Origin: an uncultured Fibrobacter sp.
GTDB lineage: Bacteria > Fibrobacterota > Fibrobacteria > Fibrobacterales > Fibrobacteraceae
Direction of reading: 5' to 3'
Length of the DNA: 64,000 bases
NCBI GenBank assembly: GCA_946186895.1
Contig: CAMHOW010000001.1
Coordinates: forward strand, 50,843-114,842
Under the pieces are notes generated by a model. It searched no databases, was not told where the DNA came from, and was given only the letters and a program-made list of their open reading frames with translations. The translations under genes were made by a program, and so were the position numbers. Positions 39,979 to 47,440 of this stretch are shown here, piece by piece. Every line of letters begins with the position of its first letter. The first letter of the stretch is position 1.

Positions 39979-39987
39979 CGTAAAAAA

Positions 39988-40290
39988 CTAGGCTTCTTCT
40001 TCGGCCTTGGCGGGAGCCGCCTTGCGGGTCTTGCGCTTTGCACCGGTGATGTTGCCGGCGAAACGCTTGTTGAAGCGGTCGATACGGCCAGCCGTATCCA
40101 CGCGATGCTGCTTGCCCGTCCAGAACGGATGGGTATCAGCCGTGATTTCCAAGGAAATTACGCTATATTCAACACCATCGATAGTCTTCTTTTCGGCGGA
40201 AGACTTCGTGGAGCGGGTGATGTATTCTTTACCCGTATTCGCATCGACGAACACGACCGGTTGATAGTTAGGGTGGATACCTTCTTTCAT
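39988..40290 (-). CDS. rpmE2: 50S ribosomal protein L31 type B (no Zn-binding Cys)
   Basis: MKEGIHPNYQPVVFVD...THPFWTGKQ..VDTAGRIDRFNKRF; real start ATG 40290. Confidence 0.93.
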   Translation of the reverse strand: MKEGIHPNYQPVVFVDANTGKEYITRSTKSSAEKKTIDGVEYSVISLEITADTHPFWTGKQHRVDTAGRIDRFNKRFAGNITGAKRKTRKAAPAKAEEEA

Positions 40291-40387
40291 TTTTAAACTT
40301 CCTGTGAAGTAGTTAATTGGAGCACACAATTTAGAAGAATTCGGCCTTTTTGGCAAGCGGGAAGCCGTTTTTTTGTATCTTTGGGCC

Positions 40388-41023
40388 ATGAACCGGTGCC
40401 ATTTTTGTGGAAAAAAAGCCTGTTTCGAGGGGTGGAAGCTGCTCGGACTGTCCCTGCTTGTCGGGTTTCTTGGAGCTTGCAAGTCAGAAGCCCCGGTGGC
40501 GACCCTCGTGGTCGTGGACAAGAAAATGCCCCTGGTAGAGTGGCCCGACAGCCTCTACATTGCAGATCTGGACTCTATCCTTGCCCTTGAGCCCATCAAG
40601 AAAAAGGACAAGAACCAGCCGAGCATTGCCATGAACACCTTCAAGGCGCCAAACTTTATTTTGCCTTCTTCTGTGACAGGGGAAAAGTCCGCTAAAGAAA
40701 CAAGGGGGAACCAGGGAGCCAGGACCGGTTCGGCAAAACAGTCGGCAGCCAAGGCGGCCCGGGACAACTCCGCAGAAAATTTCGCCAACAAGTTCTCAGA
40801 CGCCCTTTCCAGACTGCAGTCCGACCCCTCCAACGCCTCACTTTACAAGGTGGTTGAAGCAAAAGAGGGAGATGACCTGTTCAAGTTGCTGAAACGGACC
40901 TACGGGGCGGGAGCGCAGAGCCTCCCCCGCTTCTACGTACTCTCTACCCTACAGTCAGTAAACGCCGGCGTGATGCTAGAGCACCTGAACGCCGGGGATA
41001 AGGTACGGGTACCGAGGCTATAA
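40388..41023 (+). CDS. Probable lipoprotein with C-terminal LysM-like domain
   Basis: FLGA-C lipobox; KVVEAKEGDDLFKLLKRTYG...N...LNAGDKVRVP. Confidence 0.6.
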   Translation: MNRCHFCGKKACFEGWKLLGLSLLVGFLGACKSEAPVATLVVVDKKMPLVEWPDSLYIADLDSILALEPIKKKDKNQPSIAMNTFKAPNFILPSSVTGEKSAKETRGNQGARTGSAKQSAAKAARDNSAENFANKFSDALSRLQSDPSNASLYKVVEAKEGDDLFKLLKRTYGAGAQSLPRFYVLSTLQSVNAGVMLEHLNAGDKVRVPRL

Positions 41024-41027
41024 TGAC

Positions 41028-41157
41028 TAGGGAGGGGGTATGACGACAAGGGAAGGCTTCGCCCTCCCTAAAACCTACCTGACGCTCAATAAACCGCTTT
41101 ACTCCAATCGTGAATCTTTAGACCGTGCGGTTTATTTTCGTGGGCACCTAACGGTGC
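41028..41157. repeat. Structured intergenic repeat, copy 1
   Basis: TAGGGAGGG..CCCTCCCTAA .. AATAAACCGC/GCGGTTTATT .. CGTGGGCACC-taac-GGTGC. Confidence 0.8.
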
Positions 41158-41168
41158 TTCAAATGATA

Positions 41169-41258
41169 AGGGAGGGGTTAACCCCTCCCTAAGACTCTCC
41201 CCCACACTCGAAACTTTTTCTTGAGAGAAAAAGTTTCTTCGTGGGCACCTGACGGTGC
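41169..41258. repeat. Structured intergenic repeat, copy 2
   Basis: AGGGAGGGG-ttaa-CCCCTCCCTAAGACTCTCCC .. GAAACTTTTTC/GAAAAAGTTTC .. CGTGGGCACC-tgac-GGTGC. Confidence 0.8.
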
Positions 41259-41267
41259 TTTAAATAA

Positions 41268-41852
41268 TTATAAAACGCCTTTGCTGCTGGGGACGCCTTT
41301 CACGTTGCGGCTAGGAGCTACGGCCATAGCCACAGAACGGGCGAAGGCCTTGAAGATGCTTTCCAGGCAATGGTGGTTGTCGCTACCGTAGAACAGTTCC
41401 ACATGCAGGTTCATGCGAGCATTCTCGCAAACCGTCTTGAAGAAATGTTCAAACATGCTGGCCTCAATGCCACCCGCCGTCTCACCGGGAAGTTCCACCT
41501 TCCACACGAAACCAATGCGGTTGCTGAAGTCAATGCACACGCGGCTGAGAGCCTCGTCCATAGGCACAAAATAGAAACCGTAACGCTCGATACCCTTCTT
41601 GTCACCCAGGCATTCCACCAGGGCCTGCCCAAGCACAATGCCAATGTCTTCCATGCTGTGGTGCATGTCGATGGCCGTGTCGCCCTTGCAGGTCAGGTCC
41701 AGACGGAAACCTCCATGCACCTGGAACAAGTCCAGCATATGGTCCAGAAAAGCATTGCCGGAATTGATGACGCCCCTGCTGGCCTCGTCCAAATTGAGGC
41801 TCAAAGAAATGGAAGTCTCGCTAGTCTTTCGCTCGATCTTGGATACGCGCAT
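41268..41852 (-). CDS. hisB: Imidazoleglycerol-phosphate dehydratase
   Basis: RKTSET, FLDHML, IDMHHSMED, PMDEAL, NHHCLESIFKAF, PSSKGVL. Confidence 0.95.
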   Translation of the reverse strand: MRVSKIERKTSETSISLSLNLDEASRGVINSGNAFLDHMLDLFQVHGGFRLDLTCKGDTAIDMHHSMEDIGIVLGQALVECLGDKKGIERYGFYFVPMDEALSRVCIDFSNRIGFVWKVELPGETAGGIEASMFEHFFKTVCENARMNLHVELFYGSDNHHCLESIFKAFARSVAMAVAPSRNVKGVPSSKGVL

Positions 41853-42889
41853 TATTCGGCTCCTTCTATAACTTTACCGCCATAGACCCTGAACTTGGTG
41901 ACACGCCCGAATTTCATTCCGGGCAGCGGCACCTCCTTATTATTCATGTAGAACTTGGAAATGGCACGGGGTTCACCCACCACTATGTACAGGGTATCCG
42001 TAGATTCATAGGCCATCTTGGTACCCGCCTTAGAAAGGTTGGCTTCCTTGAGGAACGCGGAATCGTCTTCGTGGTGCTTGATGCCGATCCAGGTACGCAT
42101 CTCGCCAGAAGCCACCAGCAACAGCTTGGTACTTGCTCCGGCAGGCGCGGCGGCGGCAGTTTCAGAGGTCTTGGAATCGGAAGAAAGGAAAATCGTTGCC
42201 GAGGCGGGGCGGTCAGATTTCTTGATAGCCTCGTCGACGACAGCCTGGCTGATACCCTGCTCCTTGATTTCAGTCGGTACGTTCTTGGCGACCGGTGCCG
42301 GCGTAGCGGGAGCGGCCTTGTCTTCGGCAGGAGCGGCGGTAGAGTCCGCATTCGTAGAGTCGGCAGGAACCGCCTCGGCCCCTTCGGGCATTTCGGGCGT
42401 ATCCGCAACAGGTTCCTCTTCTACCACTTCAGTATTCTTTACAGGCTCGGGAGCACTCTGTGCGGGAGTAACGTCCTTAAAGAACTTGGATGCAACCACC
42501 AAAGCAAGTCCTATGACTATCAGGATAATCACAATCGCCTTGCCCTTGGAAGACTTGTCACCTTCGGCAGAGCTCGACTTGCCCTGGGAATCGTCGGAAA
42601 GATCCGTGAGAAGGCTAGCAAACTTGGAGCCGTTCTCGGCGGCATACCAGTCAAGCACCCTCTTCTGGTCAAGTCCCAGCTTGGAACTGATGGAATTCAA
42701 GTATCCACGCAGGTAGGCCTGCACCTGGAAAGCCTTCCAGTCACCAGCTTCAATAAGGGAAATATTCTTTTCGGACAAACGCGTAGCCGTGGCAAGCTCT
42801 GCCACCGTCATGGACTTTGCCTCGCGGGCACGGGCCAGATAGGCTCCCAAGCGTTCATCGGGACGTTTATCTTCAACAGGGTTACTCAT
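41852..42889 (-). CDS. rodZ: RodZ-like protein (HTH_25 - TM - linker - C-terminal beta domain)
   Basis: LGAYLARAREAK..IEAGD..YLRGYL..LGLD, single TM, Pro/Ala linker. Confidence 0.7.
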   Translation of the reverse strand: MSNPVEDKRPDERLGAYLARAREAKSMTVAELATATRLSEKNISLIEAGDWKAFQVQAYLRGYLNSISSKLGLDQKRVLDWYAAENGSKFASLLTDLSDDSQGKSSSAEGDKSSKGKAIVIILIVIGLALVVASKFFKDVTPAQSAPEPVKNTEVVEEEPVADTPEMPEGAEAVPADSTNADSTAAPAEDKAAPATPAPVAKNVPTEIKEQGISQAVVDEAIKKSDRPASATIFLSSDSKTSETAAAAPAGASTKLLLVASGEMRTWIGIKHHEDDSAFLKEANLSKAGTKMAYESTDTLYIVVGEPRAISKFYMNNKEVPLPGMKFGRVTKFRVYGGKVIEGAE

Positions 42890-43470
42890 ACCTTTACCTT
42901 CAAATTCGTAAGCATGTCAAGGGTGCGGGCAACAGGAAGCCCCACCACATTGTAATAGCATCCGCGGACAGAACGGATAAGGCGGGCTCCCTGAGTCTGG
43001 ATCCCGTATGCCCCCGCTTTGTCCATTGGGTCTAAAGAATTTACATAATCTTCAAGCTCTTGTAAGGAATTGTCCCTGAAAAACACCTCCGTTTCCTCTT
43101 GGGAGGCGTCCAGGAGCTTGCCCCCGTGAGCCACGGCCACGCCGGTAATCACCTTGTGGCTTCGGCCGTTCAGGGCCTGAAGCATTTTTAGGGCATCCCC
43201 TTTGTCCTTGGGCTTTCCAAGGGGGACCCCATCCAAAAACACCAAAGTGTCGTACCCCAGCACCACGGCAGAGGGTTCCTTCAAGGATACGGCCAGGGCT
43301 TTCTGGCTTGCATTTTCACGGGGAAAATCTAGTGGGTTCTGGGCGGTAGGCCTTTCTTCTACGTCGGAGACCGACACCCGGAACTTAACCCCAATCTGCT
43401 CGAGGATTTCGCGACGGCGAGGAGACCCGCTGGCAAGTACCAGGTCTACCGTTCTTAAACACTCTTCCAT
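42886..43470 (-). CDS. maf: Maf-family nucleoside triphosphate pyrophosphatase
   Basis: LASGSPRRREIL, DTLV..GKP, H.V.TGV, DKAGAYGIQ, NVVGLP; start ATG 43470. Confidence 0.92.
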   Translation of the reverse strand: MEECLRTVDLVLASGSPRRREILEQIGVKFRVSVSDVEERPTAQNPLDFPRENASQKALAVSLKEPSAVVLGYDTLVFLDGVPLGKPKDKGDALKMLQALNGRSHKVITGVAVAHGGKLLDASQEETEVFFRDNSLQELEDYVNSLDPMDKAGAYGIQTQGARLIRSVRGCYYNVVGLPVARTLDMLTNLKVKV

Positions 43471-43504
43471 GGCGGGAAATGTAGTAAAATGAGGGAAACC
43501 CGAC

Positions 43505-43706
43505 CTATCCCACAAGGTTCATCAGGTCATAATACATGAGGCGCGTGTGGGGGTCATCGTCCTCTACATTCATCCTGCGAAAACCATTCTTTTCGTAGAA
43601 CGGGACTGCATCAAGGTAGGCGTCCACAGTCAAATCTTTTGATTGAGTCCGTCGAATTTAAGCGAATGAACTTAAAAGATGATAACTCTATACTTGGTTG
43701 AACCAC
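43505..43706 (-). pseudogene. Internally deleted GNAT acetyltransferase remnant
   Basis: GGAGG + GTG start VVQPSIELSSFKFIRLNSTDSIKRFDCG joined out of frame to LTVDAYLDAVPFYEKNGF..TRLMYYDL*. Confidence 0.75.
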
Positions 43707-43786
43707 GGGTCGATACCTCCGTTGGCCGCTTCGCGGGCGCGCTTTTCGCACATGACAAAGCATGGGCCATGGCCTTCGCCTCGCTA

Positions 43787-44833
43787 CTACTCCCGCAAGC
43801 AACGGACAGAAAGCCCATGCTCCTTACCGTATCTGCCCTGGTCCGCGAAGTCGTTGTCGTAGCTCATGACCATTAGGATGGCGTAGTCCTCGTCGTACTG
43901 CGTGGCACTCCAGAAGGAGGCGATGTCGCCAGCCAAAGCAAAGTAGAAGAAAAGGCCGTTCGTCTTGTTAGCAGTAGCCTCGCCAGCAGGGAGCGCAGAG
44001 AAGCCGTAGGCATCCTCGTTGGTGATGCCGCCATAGGCCGTCCAGCCAGTCCGGGCCTTGAGTTTAGCGCCCGCCGTGAAAAGATCGCCCACCGCATCGA
44101 TCAGGGTTTCCCATTCCGTCCGGCTCGGCAAGTGCCAACCAGCAGGGCATACACCCTGCACGATGTCCGAGCCAAGGTCACAGCTGTTGCCGCAGCCACA
44201 CTGTTCCTCGAACTTGCCTATGGCAGTAGCCCACGTGTAAAGGCGACCGTACTTGGTGCAATTGCTAACATCGTCATTGTAGCAGGAACTACCGTACTTC
44301 GTTTCATAATTCAGATTCTGAGCCATCCACCATTGATTACCGATTTTTACCGTCTTGTACGTCTGACCGTCGCGGGAATCCTTCAGGGTACCATATACAA
44401 TGACACTTGAACTGGCTGACAAGCCTTTCGACGAAGACGATTTCACGGAACTGCCGCTTGACTTGGCAACGGAGCTTGAAGAGAATTTTACAAAACTGTT
44501 GCTTGAGTTAACAACGGAACCTGAAGAGAACTTCACAAAACTGCTGCTAGATTTTGCAGAATTGCTTGATGAGGACTTCGCGAAACTGCTACTCGACTTT
44601 ACAGAGCTGCCGGATGCCGGCATTTCACTGGACGAAAACGACTGGGTAGCGGAGTTCCCTTCGCAATTTTCGGTGCAGCTAGGCAAGTTGTCAACGGGAC
44701 CGAAGTCGGCAACATTTCCATCCGCATTCTTTTCACCAGCCGGCGCGGTCGCAGAATCTCCGCAGGCAATGAGAAACAGTGCAAAAGCACTTAAAAAGAC
44801 GAGCAACCCATTAATCAACTTCTCTAGACGCAT
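43787..44833 (-). CDS. FISUMP-domain lipoprotein with Ser-rich repeat linker
   Basis: LIA-C-G lipobox; (V/A)K(F/S)SSSS repeats; DSRDGQTYKTVKIG.QWWMAQNLNY, YGRLYTW, QGVCPAGWHLPS, GLSVRCL; start ATG 44833. Confidence 0.88.
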   Translation of the reverse strand: MRLEKLINGLLVFLSAFALFLIACGDSATAPAGEKNADGNVADFGPVDNLPSCTENCEGNSATQSFSSSEMPASGSSVKSSSSFAKSSSSNSAKSSSSFVKFSSGSVVNSSNSFVKFSSSSVAKSSGSSVKSSSSKGLSASSSVIVYGTLKDSRDGQTYKTVKIGNQWWMAQNLNYETKYGSSCYNDDVSNCTKYGRLYTWATAIGKFEEQCGCGNSCDLGSDIVQGVCPAGWHLPSRTEWETLIDAVGDLFTAGAKLKARTGWTAYGGITNEDAYGFSALPAGEATANKTNGLFFYFALAGDIASFWSATQYDEDYAILMVMSYDNDFADQGRYGKEHGLSVRCLRE

Positions 44834-44993
44834 GGAATCTTTCCCTTTGCTACAGCAAGCATTTCCATAAACCACCCAGTTTACGACACTGAATGTAAAA
44901 AAACACACAAACAAAATAAAGTATTTTTTTTGCTTACTTTTTTTAAAACGCCCATTTTGGGCATTTTCAGGGGTGTTAGGGGGATTTGCCACC

Positions 44994-45046
44994 TAGGTGA
45001 GGGGGTAGGCCGAGATACAGCTCGGCCGAGGGGGAGGCCTCCCCCT
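44994..45046. repeat. Two-hairpin REP-like element
   Basis: TAGGTGAGGGGGTA-GGCCGAG/CTCGGCC-GGGGGA-ggcc-TCCCCC. Confidence 0.6.
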
Positions 45047-45052
45047 TTTCGA

Positions 45053-45122
45053 TTCGAATTTCGGAATTATGATTTTAGAGCACTCAAAAAAAATCCGAAT
45101 TCCGAATTCCGAACTCCGAATT
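45053..45122. repeat. Heptamer (TCCGAAT) tandem repeats in inverted arrangement
   Basis: TTCGAATTTCGGAATT ... ATCCGAATTCCGAATTCCGAACTCCGAATT. Confidence 0.7.
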
Positions 45123-45166
45123 AATACACCTTTTATTACCTTTCTGGGTAAATACCGGAGTTTTTT

Positions 45167-46279
45167 ATGGAACGATTCAAACCGCGTGATATGTTCGTGG
45201 AAGCGGGCTACGGCCCCAACTTCGCAGACCAGCTTTTGCAGAACGCCTACAGCAAGCTTTTCGAGGGCGACCCCATCGACGAGCGCATCTGCTTTGAAGC
45301 CTCCGACAACATGGCCTACATCGTGGACATCGGACACGACGACATCCGCTCCGAGGGCATGAGCTACGGCATGTTCGTCACCGCCCTCACCGACCACCCG
45401 GAACTGTTCGACAAGCTCTGGCGTTTTACCAAGCGCTACCTGTACAACGCCGAAGGGCCGCACCAGGGCTTCTATTCCTGGCAGGTCTCCACCACCGATT
45501 TTTCTATGATGGATCCGGGGTCTGCCCCCGACGGCGAGGAGTACATCGCAGCGGCGCTGCTGATTGCAGCCAAGCGGTTTGGCCGAGACGACTACAAGGA
45601 AGCCGCAGTAGAGCTCATCAACATGATGCGGCACAAGCAGACCAACGAGCTGGTTGGCCCCATCATCGACCCCAAGATGGGAATCGTTAGGTTCTCCCCC
45701 GTGCTGGGCAACGACTTCACCGACCCCAGTTACCACACCGTGGCCTTCTACCGCATGTTCGCGGAAGCCACTGGCGATAACGAATGGAACGAGATCGCCA
45801 AGCGCAGCATTGAATACCTGACAAAGGCAGCCCACCCAGAAACTGGCCTCTGCGCCGACTACTCGGAATTCGATGGCACACCCAAATCCATGCCCTGGTT
45901 CCCCGAGAGCAACTGCTTCAGCGGAGACGCCTGGCGAGTGGCCCTGAACTTGAGCCTGGACTACACCCTGTTCCGTGGTGACGAACGGGAAAAGGAAATC
46001 TGCGAGAGGCTGCTGAACTATTTCGAAAGCAAGCGCCCCTACCTGGCGGACTACTCCGTAGACGGAAGCCCCTTCCCGAGACAAGGGCGCGAGGCCACTC
46101 CGGGAGTGATCGCCATGAATGCCGCTGCCACCCAGGTTCTCCCAGCCGAGAGTCCGCTGGTACACGGGTTCGTGCGTGACCTGGCGAACCTGTCAGTGCC
46201 TTTCCGTTTCTGGCGCTACTACGACGGAATGCTCTACATTATCGGCATTCTCGCCACCGCCGGAAAGATCGAGTTTTAA
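45167..46279 (+). CDS. Glycoside hydrolase family 8 (Rex/xylanase-like), no signal peptide
   Basis: DIRSEGMSYGM, SAPDGEEY, FTDPSYH, GDAWRV, YYDGMLY. Confidence 0.88.
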   Translation: MERFKPRDMFVEAGYGPNFADQLLQNAYSKLFEGDPIDERICFEASDNMAYIVDIGHDDIRSEGMSYGMFVTALTDHPELFDKLWRFTKRYLYNAEGPHQGFYSWQVSTTDFSMMDPGSAPDGEEYIAAALLIAAKRFGRDDYKEAAVELINMMRHKQTNELVGPIIDPKMGIVRFSPVLGNDFTDPSYHTVAFYRMFAEATGDNEWNEIAKRSIEYLTKAAHPETGLCADYSEFDGTPKSMPWFPESNCFSGDAWRVALNLSLDYTLFRGDEREKEICERLLNYFESKRPYLADYSVDGSPFPRQGREATPGVIAMNAAATQVLPAESPLVHGFVRDLANLSVPFRFWRYYDGMLYIIGILATAGKIEF

Positions 46280-46302
46280 TTTATCTGTAACAATGGGTTG
46301 CT

Positions 46303-47241
46303 ATGGCCAAACTAAACAAATACGGTAAAAGAGCATTTGTCGCAAGCCTCGTAGCTTCTGCAGCATTCCTAGCCGCAGGCTGCGAAGACGTGCGGGTTGA
46401 AAAATACCCCAACGGAAACGTGCAATTCGAGACCACCTACGTAAACGACAAGCGTGAGGGACTAGAAAAGGAATACTACGAGAACGGCACCCTGAAGCGC
46501 GAAACCCCGTACAAGGAAGACCGTCGCGAAGGTACCACCAAGGAGTATTTCGAGGACGGCACTGTAAAATCGGAAATTCCCTACGTGGACGGTTACATTG
46601 AGGGCGCAGTCCTTCGCTACCACAAGAACGGCAAGCTCGCATCCAAGGCTCTGTACCAAAAGAACAAGCAAGTGGAATTTGGTGAAGTGTTCGATGAAAG
46701 CGGTGACCCCGCCACCCACGGAAGCTACAAGGACCCCCGCGACGGATACGCCTACGAATGGGTTCGCATTGGCGACCAACTCTGGACAGCAGAAAACATG
46801 AACTTCGCTACGGCCGCAGGCTCCCTGTGCATGCAATGCAACAACTGGGGCCGCCTCTACGACTTCGAGAACGCCAAGAACGCCTGCATGGACGGATTCC
46901 ATATGCCCACCAAGGAAGAATGGCAGAAGCTGATCGCCGCCGCCGGCAAAAAGCCTGCGCTGGCCCTGAAGGCAGGATTCGGCTGGGATCCCATTACAGA
47001 GGGAACCAACAACTACGGCAACGGTAAAGACGAGCTAGGGTTCGGCGTAAAGGCCGGCGGCGGACATTTCGCCAAGAGCGACGTGCCGCTGAAAGAACGT
47101 AAGTTTGACACCGCCGGAAAGAAGGCCTACTTCTGGACTGCAGAGGGCGAAGTGGTGGTATTCCATCACAACAAGGACAACGTCACCTTCGAGAAGTTCA
47201 ATCCCGAATACGGCGCTAGTTTAAGGTGCTTGAAGGATTAA
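46303..47241 (+). CDS. Lipoprotein with MORN_2-type repeats fused to a FISUMP domain
   Basis: LAAG-C lipobox; repeats such as EG..KEYYENG.LK.E.PY; DPRDG..Y..VRIGDQLWTAENM..WGRLY..SLRCLKD. Confidence 0.82.
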   Translation: MAKLNKYGKRAFVASLVASAAFLAAGCEDVRVEKYPNGNVQFETTYVNDKREGLEKEYYENGTLKRETPYKEDRREGTTKEYFEDGTVKSEIPYVDGYIEGAVLRYHKNGKLASKALYQKNKQVEFGEVFDESGDPATHGSYKDPRDGYAYEWVRIGDQLWTAENMNFATAAGSLCMQCNNWGRLYDFENAKNACMDGFHMPTKEEWQKLIAAAGKKPALALKAGFGWDPITEGTNNYGNGKDELGFGVKAGGGHFAKSDVPLKERKFDTAGKKAYFWTAEGEVVVFHHNKDNVTFEKFNPEYGASLRCLKD

Positions 47242-47246
47242 ACAAC

Positions 47247-47435
47247 TAGGGAGGGCTCACGCCCTCCCTAAGACTCTCCCGACACCGCTGACGAAAATAA
47301 CTTCGGCAAGCATAGCTTGCCTCGCGCATACGCAAGCGTATGCGATTAATAAAGTTTTACCCATATGCAAATAACCCCCTTCATCCAAGTCGAGACTTTT
47401 AATTAGCGGTTTATTTGCGTGGGCACCTTGCGGTG
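47247..47435. repeat. Structured intergenic repeat, copy 3, with extra internal hairpins
   Basis: TAGGGAGGGC-tcac-GCCCTCCCTAAGACTCTCCC ... GCGGTTTATTTGCGTGGGCACC-ttgc-GGTG. Confidence 0.8.
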
Positions 47436-47440
47436 AATTA

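Noticed and set aside
40291-40521. ORF-track N-terminal extensions on rpmE2, and likewise on maf, argJ, aas, the 43787 FISUMP gene and the 50201 gene
   Set aside because: Longest-ORF artefacts; downstream starts fit family N-termini and, in most cases, SD or TAnnTT signals.
41169-41200. Terminal hairpin as group II intron domain V/VI
   Set aside because: No domain V (AGC/CGC triad hairpin) and no reverse transcriptase ORF nearby.
41028-41258. Tandem repeats as a possible mini-CRISPR array
   Set aside because: Only two adjacent units of unequal length; the middles are self-complementary stems rather than unique spacers; no cas genes.
44400-44660. Ser-rich coding repeats in a FISUMP lipoprotein (also APESSN repeats near 38357-38420 and the Ala/Thr linker in YfhO near 24620-24760)
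   Set aside because: Ordinary low-complexity linkers in frame with their host genes.
47288-47300. CTGACGA as a possible hammerhead ribozyme core
   Set aside because: No correctly placed stem II plus GAAA or cleavage triplet found, and the motif is not conserved in the other two copies.
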